From a bacterium (GTDB taxonomy: Bacteria > Patescibacteriota > Microgenomatia > Daviesbacterales > UBA10151), in NCBI GenBank assembly GCA_021786315.1, contig JAJYNN010000003.1:3360-67359 (forward strand): 64,000 nt of DNA, written 5' to 3'. Under the pieces are notes generated by a model. It ran no database searches, was not told the DNA's origin, and was given only the letters and a program-made list of their open reading frames with translations. This document shows, piece by piece, positions 10,527-19,038 of the stretch; the stretch's first letter is position 1, and every line of letters begins with the position of its first letter. The position numbers were made by a program, and so were the translations under genes.

Positions 10527-11846
10527 CTATCTTAAGGTAGATAACCTGACATCAACCCTTTCCATATCTCTTGGAAAAAGTGACGCTTCACGAATATTGG
10601 ACAACTCCAGAAGATGCATGGTAATTCTCTCCAGTCCAAAAGAAAACCCTCCTTCGGGAGGCATACCATATTTAAAAGCCTGGAGATACATTTCAAAATT
10701 TTTTGGGTCCATCCCCCGTTCTTTAATTGTTTCTACCAACTGTTGGTAGTCATTAATCCTTTGGCTTCCGCTGCTAATTTCCAATCCCCTAAACAAAAGA
10801 TCGTAGCTTAAGCTAAACTCCGGATCTTCCGGATCCGGCAGCGTATAAAAAGCCCTCTTTTTTGTCGGGAAATGAGTGATGGTCACTAAGTCACTTCCGT
10901 GTTCTTTTAAGGCCCATTTACAAATATCTACCTCATCCTGTGGTTCCAAATCTTTCTCTCCGCGGTTATCCCTTCCGGTTTCTTGATAAATAATTTCTTG
11001 AGCCTCCCTTAATGTTAATCTGGGAGTTTTCCCAAACTTTGGTCTTTCGACGTTAAATCTTTCCAAAATATCGCTGCAATTTTTTGCCGCTTCATCAATG
11101 GTGGCAATGGCTATATTTTCCAGAAAATCCAATAAATCGTTGAAATCTACAAAACCGAATTCGCAATCCATTTGGGTAGACTCAGTTAAGTGACGTGTAG
11201 TGACAGATGGCTCGGCCCGGTAAGCTTTGGCGACAGTAAATACTCTTTCAAAAACCGGAATCATCATCTGTTTATACAGCTGTGGGCTTTGGGTTAAAAA
11301 ACCTTTGTATCCAAAATAATTTACCTGAAATACTTCAGCTCCGCCTTCAGTAGAGGCAGCGGCAATAGTAGGAACCACTATTTCTGTGCACTCCAGTTTT
11401 TTTGCAGCATTTCTGAAACCATCGAGTAGCGATGCCTGGACTTTAAAGATGTCTTTTACTTTTGGATATCTTAAAGTTAATGAGCGGTAATCCAAAAGCG
11501 TTGGAAGTTGCAGGTCTAACTCCTTAGCTCCCATATCAAACGGGAGCTCCTGGGCTTTTACCAAAACTTCAACGGATTTTGCCTGGAGTTCGATAGTGCC
11601 GGTCTCCAAATTTGGGTTTACTAACTTCTCCGGCCTCTTGCTGACCTGACCCTCAATACATACAACATCTTGTGGGTGCAAATCACCGGCCAAATCACCT
11701 GTTGCCACAACCTGGATTACTCCGGACCTGTCTGAAATGTCCAGAAAGATAATTTTTCCGTGATCCCGCCGGACTTGCACCCATCCGCAAATCTTCACTG
11801 TTTCATCAATTTTTTTATTGCACTCTAAAATCAAGGTTCTGTCCAT
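10527..11846 (-). CDS. aspS: Aspartate--tRNA(Asp/Asn) ligase, archaeal-type non-discriminating
   Basis: OB-fold, QSPQLYKQ, RAEPSVTTRH, EISSGSQR, GLER; short form lacking the GAD insertion. Confidence 0.9.
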   Translation of the reverse strand: MDRTLILECNKKIDETVKICGWVQVRRDHGKIIFLDISDRSGVIQVVATGDLAGDLHPQDVVCIEGQVSKRPEKLVNPNLETGTIELQAKSVEVLVKAQELPFDMGAKELDLQLPTLLDYRSLTLRYPKVKDIFKVQASLLDGFRNAAKKLECTEIVVPTIAAASTEGGAEVFQVNYFGYKGFLTQSPQLYKQMMIPVFERVFTVAKAYRAEPSVTTRHLTESTQMDCEFGFVDFNDLLDFLENIAIATIDEAAKNCSDILERFNVERPKFGKTPRLTLREAQEIIYQETGRDNRGEKDLEPQDEVDICKWALKEHGSDLVTITHFPTKKRAFYTLPDPEDPEFSLSYDLLFRGLEISSGSQRINDYQQLVETIKERGMDPKNFEMYLQAFKYGMPPEGGFSFGLERITMHLLELSNIREASLFPRDMERVDVRLSTLR

Positions 11847-11892
11847 GCTCGTTTGATCATACCAACTTGGTCATGTCCTGACAATAGTTCCC

Positions 11893-12687
11893 CTAAGATA
11901 GATCGGCTCTATTTATACTCAGATCCATCGCTCGGTAAACAGCTTTGATTTGGCCCAGTACTTCTCGGAAAGTTGCTGGTGTAATCTGTTGTTTTGCATC
12001 AGAGAGCGCATTCGCAGGGTCAGGATGAACCTCGATTACCAACCCATCTAAACCTGCAGCCACGATAGACCTTGATAAAGCTGGAACTAAATCTGCCCGA
12101 CCGGCAGGATGAGAAGGATCACCGATAACCGGCATCCTCTTATCGTGTTTTACAACCAATGCTCCGTTTAAATCCAAAGTGTATCGGGTAGAATCTGTTG
12201 CTGATCTAATACCCCGTTCACATAAAATCACTCTATCCCGGCCAATATAATCCGCCGACTGGAGCCATTCGTCTATAGTGCAAGACGCACCTCTTTTTAA
12301 GATTACAGGTCTTTGATCTGTACCATTTCCTCTTAAAGCTTTAAGCAGCTCAAAATTTTGCATATTTCTTGAACCGACCCAAGGCACATCAACAACTTCC
12401 ATCGTTGGTTCGATCTGATCCTTATCTACAATTTCAGTAGCAATAATCATTCCGAAATCTTCTTTAATTCTTTGCAACCAAGGAAGTCCAGTCAACCCAA
12501 CACCCTGAAAACTGTCTGGACTGGACCGGGGTTTCCATAATTGGCCTCTCATCACTTTTATCCCCAGATCGTAAAGAGCTGAAGCGACTTTGCGAACTTG
12601 CTCTTCTGTTTCCACCGCACACGGACCGCCTATCACTAAAAATTCACCGTTTTTTATTAAGTTTTCTCTTGTAATTCTTTCTGCCAA
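11893..12687 (-). CDS. aroF: DAHP (3-deoxy-7-phosphoheptulonate) synthase, type I-beta, catalytic barrel only
   Basis: GPCAVE, KPRS (DAH7PS-type, not the KDO8PS KANRS), GSRNMQN, LKRG, CERG, DPSH, EVHPDP..ALSD. TTG at 12687 lies 8 nt after GGAGG. Confidence 0.9.
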   Translation of the reverse strand: MAERITRENLIKNGEFLVIGGPCAVETEEQVRKVASALYDLGIKVMRGQLWKPRSSPDSFQGVGLTGLPWLQRIKEDFGMIIATEIVDKDQIEPTMEVVDVPWVGSRNMQNFELLKALRGNGTDQRPVILKRGASCTIDEWLQSADYIGRDRVILCERGIRSATDSTRYTLDLNGALVVKHDKRMPVIGDPSHPAGRADLVPALSRSIVAAGLDGLVIEVHPDPANALSDAKQQITPATFREVLGQIKAVYRAMDLSINRADLS

Positions 12688-12720
12688 TTTAAACACCTCC
12701 TTTCTTTCTAAATTTTTGCC

Positions 12721-12746
12721 AAAAAAATACCTCCCTTGCGGGAGGC
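12721..12746 (-). terminator. Attenuator terminator upstream of DAHP synthase
   Basis: Minus strand GCCTCCC-GCAA-GGGAGGT followed by ATTTTTTT. Confidence 0.88.
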
Positions 12747-12776
12747 TGTTTTCTGGTTCTCTTTTGGACTATTATC

Positions 12777-12863
12777 CTATGTCCTTAAGACACCAACCAA
12801 CCCCCCGGAACGGGAAGTAAACCAAAAATATGTAAAGAAAAATTTTGGTTGGTTGGTTGCCAT
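12777..12863 (-). CDS. Aromatic amino acid leader peptide MATNQPKFFFTYFWFTSRSGGLVGVLRT
   Basis: 28-aa uORF with 5 Phe, 1 Tyr and 1 Trp in 8 consecutive codons, upstream of the terminator and DAHP synthase. Confidence 0.88.
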   Translation of the reverse strand: MATNQPKFFFTYFWFTSRSGGLVGVLRT

Positions 12864-12875
12864 ACTGTGCATACT

Positions 12876-12927
12876 AACATATCAAAAAAATATATCATTG
12901 ACAATAGTTTGCTTTTCTTTTTACAAT
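12876..12927. promoter_or_regulatory. Divergent sigma70-type promoters with overlapping -35 boxes
   Basis: Plus: TTGACA(12898-12903)-N18-TACAAT(12922-12927). Minus: TTGTCA(12904-12899)-N17-TATGTT(12881-12876). Confidence 0.6.
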
Positions 12928-12949
12928 GTTTGATATCCTAATATTTAAC

Positions 12950-13048
12950 ATGAACGGTAATTTATTAATTAACTTAAGCGTTCTTTTGCTTTGCCTCCTT
13001 ACCCTGGTACTCCTTAGAGTGCCAAAGATGGGAGGCCTTTTTAGGTAG
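12950..13048 (+). CDS. Leucine-rich leader peptide MNGNLLINLSVLLLCLLTLVLLRVPKMGGLFR
   Basis: 32-aa uORF with 12 Leu, 3 Val and 1 Ile, followed by alternative hairpins and a terminator. Confidence 0.8.
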   Translation: MNGNLLINLSVLLLCLLTLVLLRVPKMGGLFR

Positions 13049-13080
13049 ATTAAAAAATAAAAACCTAAAGGAAAGAGAGG

Positions 13081-13105
13081 ACCTCCCAAACAGGGAGGTT
13101 TTTTT
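13081..13105 (+). terminator. Attenuator terminator downstream of the Leu leader
   Basis: ACCTCCC-AAACA-GGGAGGT followed by a T tract. Confidence 0.85.
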
Positions 13106-13139
13106 GTACTTAAAAATAGAGAAAGGAGGAGAAACCTAG

Positions 13140-13376
13140 ATGTCTTTAAGAGAAGCAGAAATTGATATTGCTGACAGGCGATCTAAAATTTTTGAGCTGG
13201 ATATAAAAATTAAGGAACTAAAACAAACAGCCAATGGTTCCTACTCTGAACAGGTAAAAGATATCTTAAATTTAAGGTCAGTTTTATCCAGAGAACAAAG
13301 TAGAGCCAAGCGTTCAGTTAATCAAGAGAATAGGAGACGGGGAAAATGGGGCCGAATTTCTTCGTCTATTTATTAA
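13140..13376 (+). CDS. Small coiled-coil/basic hypothetical protein downstream of the Leu attenuator
   Basis: 78-aa ORF with strong SD GAAAGGAGGA (13121-13130). Confidence 0.8.
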   Translation: MSLREAEIDIADRRSKIFELDIKIKELKQTANGSYSEQVKDILNLRSVLSREQSRAKRSVNQENRRRGKWGRISSSIY

Positions 13377-14806
13377 CTTAGATAATATGCTTTTTTAATT
13401 TTTTTCTTGGCAGTTGCGGTTGCCACAAAGCCTAGCCAGTCCCGGCTGGGCTTTTTGGTATTCTTAGATAAAAGAAGTTCTACCACATCACCATTCTTTA
13501 GTTTAGTGTCCAAAGACACCACTCTATTATTTACCCTGGCACCGGTCACCAAATTCCCCATATCGGTGTGAACCATATAGGCAAAATCTACAGGCGTCGC
13601 GCCCGCCGGCAAATCCTTAACATCACCTTTGGGTGTAAAACAAAAAATTCTGTGGCCAAAAAAGTCAGTTTTGACTGTCTTTAAAAATTCCTCATTATCT
13701 GTTACTTCTTTTTGCCACTCACTCAAACGTTTTACCCAATCAAGTTTTTCAGCGCTGGCAGCAAAGCCTTGGCTAATCTTTTCATCTGATAATCCGCTTT
13801 CCTTTTTCTCGGCGTAATTCCAGTGAGCCGCCAATCCGTATTCCGCTTCTTCGTGCATCTGCCGGGAACGGATCTGAATTTCGAAAGGCAAATCCCCGGG
13901 GCCGTAAACTTTAATGTGGATTGAGCGGTAACCGTTAGGCTTGGGATGGCCGATATAGTCAGAAATCGGCTCCGGAACAGGTTTAAATAGTTTGTTAACT
14001 ATATCAAGTACTTTGTAACATTCTTCTGTATTGGAAGTAATGACCCGAAGCGCAATCAGATCATATATTTTGTTTAGATCTTTTTTAACACCAGGCCGCA
14101 TTAATTTTGTGTAAAGAGAATAAATATGTTTTACCCGGCTTTGAATTTCAGGGTTAATGCCTTCTTTTTTAAAAGAAACTGTTAATCTTCCTTTTATCTT
14201 AAGCAAAGTCTTCCCGAGTTCATCCAAATCATTTTTTGTATACGATCTCACCCACTGATATTCCTTAGGATAAAGGTGCATAAAAGCCAAATCCTGCATT
14301 GTCCCCCGAAGTTCCCCCATACCCAATCTTTCCGCCAAAGGCGCAAATATTTCCAAAGTTTCCCGGGCCACCTCGCTCCTTTTTTCAGGTGTTAAATATT
14401 GAAGGGTAGTTAAATTATCAGTAATATCGGCAAGTTTTACCAAGACAACCCTTAAGTCTTTTGCCAAAACCAAAAACATTTTTCTAAGTTGCTCGCTAAA
14501 CTCTTCCCCGCTGTGGAATTTCAGTTTAATAATGTGGAACTTGTCCATCGACTCCAACATTCCCACAACGTCTTCCCCAAACTCCTTTTTAATATCTTCT
14601 GGGGTTGCCGCTCCGTCAGAGATGCTATGGTGCAAAAGAGCAACTGATAACGTTATCGGATCGCGGACTTTAAATTTCCACAAAATCTCTTCCACCCGCA
14701 GACAATGGTCCACTACGTCTTCTCCGGAAAGCCTCTTTTTCCCGGCTAAAGAAAGGTTTGCAAAGTCAAAAGCTTTTTTAAGTATTGGAGCTGCTAAAAA
14801 GTCCAT
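13373..14806 (-). CDS. relA: RelA/SpoT homolog (HD-like, synthetase and TGS domains; no ZFD/ACT)
   Basis: APLAERLG, RVKHIYS, DLIALRVI, PKPNGYRSIH, EIQIRS, AAHW; TGS motif TPVDFAY.VHT. Confidence 0.9.
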   Translation of the reverse strand: MDFLAAPILKKAFDFANLSLAGKKRLSGEDVVDHCLRVEEILWKFKVRDPITLSVALLHHSISDGAATPEDIKKEFGEDVVGMLESMDKFHIIKLKFHSGEEFSEQLRKMFLVLAKDLRVVLVKLADITDNLTTLQYLTPEKRSEVARETLEIFAPLAERLGMGELRGTMQDLAFMHLYPKEYQWVRSYTKNDLDELGKTLLKIKGRLTVSFKKEGINPEIQSRVKHIYSLYTKLMRPGVKKDLNKIYDLIALRVITSNTEECYKVLDIVNKLFKPVPEPISDYIGHPKPNGYRSIHIKVYGPGDLPFEIQIRSRQMHEEAEYGLAAHWNYAEKKESGLSDEKISQGFAASAEKLDWVKRLSEWQKEVTDNEEFLKTVKTDFFGHRIFCFTPKGDVKDLPAGATPVDFAYMVHTDMGNLVTGARVNNRVVSLDTKLKNGDVVELLLSKNTKKPSRDWLGFVATATAKKKIKKAYYLS

Positions 14807-14812
14807 ATGGAC

Positions 14813-16399
14813 TTAATATTGTACATCGACTACCTTAAGCTGCAACTTTTCGTTTCCGTTAAACCAGTCTATCTCCAAACGGTAGGCCAAATCGACCATC
14901 TGCCCCTCTTTAAGCTGATTAATTAAGTCCCCGAAAGAAAAAGCAATGGCATCAATATTATCCGCCTTAAATTTTAAGTGTTTGCCGTCACCCACAGTGC
15001 GTAATCCTGATACTTTCATACTTCTTGTAACCAGAACCGGTTCCGGGTTACCCACCCCGGTTGGCTCAAACTTATTAAGATCTTCCACTAACTTTTTGCT
15101 CAGTGTTGCCGATAAAATTTCAGCGTCTATTAATAAACTATCTGTTTGGATAATGTCTTCTTTACCCATTGACTCCTCTAACTTTTTTCTAAACTCAGAG
15201 ATTTTTGCAGTTTCCAAAGTAAAACCGGCTGCCTGGGGATGTCCCCCAACATCAATTAAGAGATCTGAAAATTGACGGATGCTTTCGACAATATTTATTC
15301 CCTTAACAGACCTGGCCGAACCTTTGGAAATTGTTTCACCCCGCGAGATAGCAATCGCCGGCATTCCGTATTCTTCAGCAATTTTCCCAGCTACTAGCCC
15401 AATAATTCCGGGTATCCATTCTTCTGATTCTAAAATAATCACTTTTCCGTCAACTTTTTCTAAGGTGGTTTTAGCCTGGGCCACTGCTTCAGTGACCAAT
15501 AACTTTCTTTGGTCATTTGCCGTCCCCAAATCTTTCGCAAGCCTCTCAGCCTTTTCCGGGTCTTTTGTACAAAGCAACCTGACTACATCCAAGGCGTGTT
15601 CCAGTCTTCCCTTTGCATTAAGTCTTGGCCCTAAAATATGGCCCACATGATAAGGAGTAATTTCACTTCCCCAGATACCTGATTCCATAAGTAACGCCCG
15701 AAGCCCTACTCTTTTAGTCCTACTCAATTTTTTTAACCCTTTTTTAACCAATGCCCGGTTTATTCCGATTAAAGGAACCATATCCGCAACTGTGGCCATG
15801 GCCACTAAATCTAAAAGTTCCTCGGATTTTTCCTCATCCAGTAAACTTTTCACCAGACACCAACCAACCGCGCTGCCGCACATTTTAGTAGTATGGACAA
15901 TAGACAATGCCTCAGGTTTTTCTTCCAGGGGAAGGTGATGATCAGTAATAATTAAACCCAGATTCAAGTCTTTGGCAAATTTTGCCGCTTCCAGTGCCAC
16001 AATCCCGTTATCGACAGTGATTACCAAACCAGCCCCCTGATCTTTGACGCTTTGCAATCCCTCTTTGGATAATCCGTATCCCTCTTTTTCCCGGTGGGGG
16101 ATATAGGGTAAAACTTTTCCTCCGACAGCAGTCAACCCTAAATACAAAATTGCTGCCCCGCAAACCCCGTCCACGTCATAATCCCCATAAGCAATAATTA
16201 ATTCTTTATTTTCAATGGCTTTTAAGATTCTTTTTTTGGCAGTTTCAATTCCGGAAAGTTCTAAATCGCTTTTGAATTTTTCAAGATCAGGATTAAAAAA
16301 ATCCTCTATTTCTTCTTTGGTTTTTAGACCCCGGTTAAAAAGTAACTGTTCCGTTAAATCATCGGAATAATGAGGATAAAATTCCCAAGTCTTACTCAT
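14813..16399 (-). CDS. recJ: Single-stranded DNA exonuclease RecJ
   Basis: GDYDVDG, TVDNG, TDHH, GSARS, GGHPQAAG. Confidence 0.95.
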   Translation of the reverse strand: MSKTWEFYPHYSDDLTEQLLFNRGLKTKEEIEDFFNPDLEKFKSDLELSGIETAKKRILKAIENKELIIAYGDYDVDGVCGAAILYLGLTAVGGKVLPYIPHREKEGYGLSKEGLQSVKDQGAGLVITVDNGIVALEAAKFAKDLNLGLIITDHHLPLEEKPEALSIVHTTKMCGSAVGWCLVKSLLDEEKSEELLDLVAMATVADMVPLIGINRALVKKGLKKLSRTKRVGLRALLMESGIWGSEITPYHVGHILGPRLNAKGRLEHALDVVRLLCTKDPEKAERLAKDLGTANDQRKLLVTEAVAQAKTTLEKVDGKVIILESEEWIPGIIGLVAGKIAEEYGMPAIAISRGETISKGSARSVKGINIVESIRQFSDLLIDVGGHPQAAGFTLETAKISEFRKKLEESMGKEDIIQTDSLLIDAEILSATLSKKLVEDLNKFEPTGVGNPEPVLVTRSMKVSGLRTVGDGKHLKFKADNIDAIAFSFGDLINQLKEGQMVDLAYRLEIDWFNGNEKLQLKVVDVQY

Positions 16400-16421
16400 G
16401 AACTTAGAAATTGTAGCACAT

Positions 16422-17165
16422 TCAATAAGAGTTCCGAGCTCTTTCCGCTTGTTTAATCAATGGTTTTAAGGCTTTGGGATCGACAAAGAACACTCCTCTG
16501 CCGCCCTCTCTTGCATCAAAACTTAGATATGGAATATCTTTATAGAGACTTACCCCCAAAATTTTCCTAGCAAAACTAGTAGGAGAAAACGAAAGGTAGC
16601 CGCTAAGCACATCTTTATGCGGTGATTGCCGCAAAAGAGCCATTGCTCTCTTAACCCGAAGTCCAATAGCCTGTCTACTAATACCCTCTGTTTTTCCAAT
16701 TTCTTCATAAGTCCTGGGCACACCGTCATCAAGCCCAAAGTGTAACACCAATGTTTCCACTTTTGTCTTGTCACCTTCTAGCACATCAGCCACCTCTTGC
16801 AGCACTGCATCAACACCCATAGCCACTTCTACTTCTCTATCTAATGGGACATAAGATTGTTCCCTACCAAAAATTGCTCCCAATAACCGCGCCTGGTTTG
16901 TTACAGCTAAACCTAACAGCTGTTGGGAGATAGGATTCCTAATTCCTTCAACACCTTCCTTGCTACTTATTACATCAAACGGCACCTCTAAGAGATCGCT
17001 CAGACTTTCCCCCTTATGTCTCCAATCAGGCAAAGTTAAAACCTTCAGCGCTCGCACACGTCCTTCCAAAATATCAGGAAAAATTTTGTAGCCCAAACTG
17101 CCCTCCTCAAAAGGCCAGGAACCTTTAGATAAAATTATTTTTTCAGATTCTATAGCAGTATGCAT
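16422..17165 (-). CDS. Protein with a sigma-70 region-4-like HTH
   Basis: LHFGLDDGVPRTYEEIGKTEGISRQAIGLRVKRAMALLR resembles RpoD region 4; no region 2 seen. Confidence 0.7.
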   Translation of the reverse strand: MHTAIESEKIILSKGSWPFEEGSLGYKIFPDILEGRVRALKVLTLPDWRHKGESLSDLLEVPFDVISSKEGVEGIRNPISQQLLGLAVTNQARLLGAIFGREQSYVPLDREVEVAMGVDAVLQEVADVLEGDKTKVETLVLHFGLDDGVPRTYEEIGKTEGISRQAIGLRVKRAMALLRQSPHKDVLSGYLSFSPTSFARKILGVSLYKDIPYLSFDAREGGRGVFFVDPKALKPLIKQAERARNSY

Positions 17166-17256
17166 AATGAACCTATAGTTTACTACTCTTCTCCGCCAAT
17201 TTCAAACTTTATCTTAGCTGCTTGCCCTAAAAAGCTGGTACAGGTAGAATTAAGCC

Positions 17257-18588
17257 ATGGAATACCAATTGCCTGAAAAGGTTCAACAAATCTTAGAAAC
17301 AGTTTCCCAAGCCGGCTTTCAGATTTATATAGTCGGAGGGGCAGTCCGCGACCTTTTGATGGGAAGAGAAATTAACGACTGGGACTTTACCACCGATGCC
17401 AAACCGGAAGAGATATTAAAACTTTTCCCTGACGGATTTTATGACAACAAGTTCGGAACTGTTGGTATACCCTCGGACTTAGGCGTTTTAGAAATTACCA
17501 CCATGAGAAAAGAGGGCATATATAAAGATGCCCGCCACCCTAGCGAAGTTTCCTGGACCAATAAAATCGAAGAGGATTTAGCCCGTCGTGATTTTACCGT
17601 TAACGCTTTGGCGCTATCCCGGGAAAAGATGGTTGACCCTTTTAACGGATGTCAGGATATTGAGAAAAAAAATATCCGGGCCGTTGGCAACCCTGATCAA
17701 AGGTTTAAAGAAGATGCCCTCCGGCTGATGCGAGCCATTAGAATTGCTACCCAGCTGGGGTTTGAAATTGAGGAAAAAACTTTTCAAGCCATCAGGGAAA
17801 ACGCTGAGCTGATTAAGGAAATCTCCGGTGAAAGGATCCGGGATGAACTATTTAAAATTCTTGCATCGCCGAATCCATACATAGGCATTGTAAAACTGAG
17901 GGAAGCGGGGATTTTACAGATTATTTTGCCGGAATTGGAAAGAACGTTCGGTATCTCCCAAGAGGGTCCGAAACATGCCCGAAGTTACGATATCGGAGAA
18001 CATTCCTTCTTAACACTCAAGGAAACACCCACCCAGGATCCCTTGGTACGCTTAGCCGCGTTGCTTCATGATATCGGTAAACCGGATACTGTTGAAGTGG
18101 AGCCTGACGGAAATGTCACTTTTTATAACCACGATGTAGCCGGGGGCAAATTAGTCTGGGAAATTTCCCAACGGTTGCACCTTTCCAAAAAACAATCCGA
18201 TAAACTTTATAAATTAGTCCGCTGGCATCTTTTTTCAGTTGATGAAAAGCAAACCGACGCTGCCATCCGGCGTTTTATTAAAAAAGTCGGCCTGGAGAAT
18301 ATTGAGGATATGATGGCTTTACGGGTTGGGGACAGGTTAGGCGGAGGAACCCAAAAAGCAGTTTCCTGGAGAATGGAAAAGTTTACCGAAAGGATTCATC
18401 AGGTTTTACAAAAACCGTTCACAGTTTCCGACTTAAAAATTTCCGGTAATGATGTTATGCAGACTTTAAAGATCCAGCCGGGACCAAAGGTGGGTGAAAT
18501 TTTAGATACACTCTTTGCCGAAGTCTTAGAAGATGCTTCTAAAAATAATCGCGAGTATCTCCTCAAAAGAATCAAAGAGGTGGCTTAA
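17257..18588 (+). CDS. cca: CCA tRNA nucleotidyltransferase with HD domain
   Basis: VGGAVRD, DWDFTT, DLARRDFT.NA, EDALRLMRA.R, LLHDIGK. Confidence 0.9.
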   Translation: MEYQLPEKVQQILETVSQAGFQIYIVGGAVRDLLMGREINDWDFTTDAKPEEILKLFPDGFYDNKFGTVGIPSDLGVLEITTMRKEGIYKDARHPSEVSWTNKIEEDLARRDFTVNALALSREKMVDPFNGCQDIEKKNIRAVGNPDQRFKEDALRLMRAIRIATQLGFEIEEKTFQAIRENAELIKEISGERIRDELFKILASPNPYIGIVKLREAGILQIILPELERTFGISQEGPKHARSYDIGEHSFLTLKETPTQDPLVRLAALLHDIGKPDTVEVEPDGNVTFYNHDVAGGKLVWEISQRLHLSKKQSDKLYKLVRWHLFSVDEKQTDAAIRRFIKKVGLENIEDMMALRVGDRLGGGTQKAVSWRMEKFTERIHQVLQKPFTVSDLKISGNDVMQTLKIQPGPKVGEILDTLFAEVLEDASKNNREYLLKRIKEVA

Positions 18589-18618
18589 CAAATCTTAAAG
18601 AAGCGTTACAATAGATTT

Positions 18619-19038
18619 ATGTTCAGGAATTTTTCCTGGTGGAGGTTATATTTTTGGGGAGCCATTACCGGTTTTGCAGTTAGCCTTCCCAACTTAGGCA
18701 CTACTGTAAATTGGGCAATCTCTACCTGGCTCTTAATTGCCACAGAGATTTTTGCCCTCATCGGGCTTTATGCCTTCGCCTTTAAAAGAAAAGTGTTTTC
18801 CAATAAGTTTTGGAGAGCCTTCTTTTGGACAATCCTTATTATCTGGAACCTGCCTATAATTTATTCCCTTTCTCCTCTAAAATACCAATTCCCGCTTCCG
18901 GAGTTTTTAAGTAATTACTTGGTTGTTGATACAGAGTTTTTAACCATACCGGCTTTGGTAATACTGGCCGTAGGTTTGGTATTAAGCATCCCCATTCTTT
19001 ATGCTTTATACAAGGTTGGGTATGCAAAAAAACATTAA
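18619..19038 (+). CDS. Membrane hypothetical protein
   Basis: About four hydrophobic segments; TACAAT 6 nt before the ATG. Confidence 0.75.
   Translation: MFRNFSWWRLYFWGAITGFAVSLPNLGTTVNWAISTWLLIATEIFALIGLYAFAFKRKVFSNKFWRAFFWTILIIWNLPIIYSLSPLKYQFPLPEFLSNYLVVDTEFLTIPALVILAVGLVLSIPILYALYKVGYAKKH

Noticed and set aside
11893-12687. KDO8P synthase (kdsA)
   Set aside because: Has KPRS rather than KANRS, and an aromatic leader peptide upstream.
12590-13089. ORFs 12590-12820, 12736-12933 and 12895-13089
   Set aside because: Shadow frames across the attenuators; the shorter leader peptides explain the region better.
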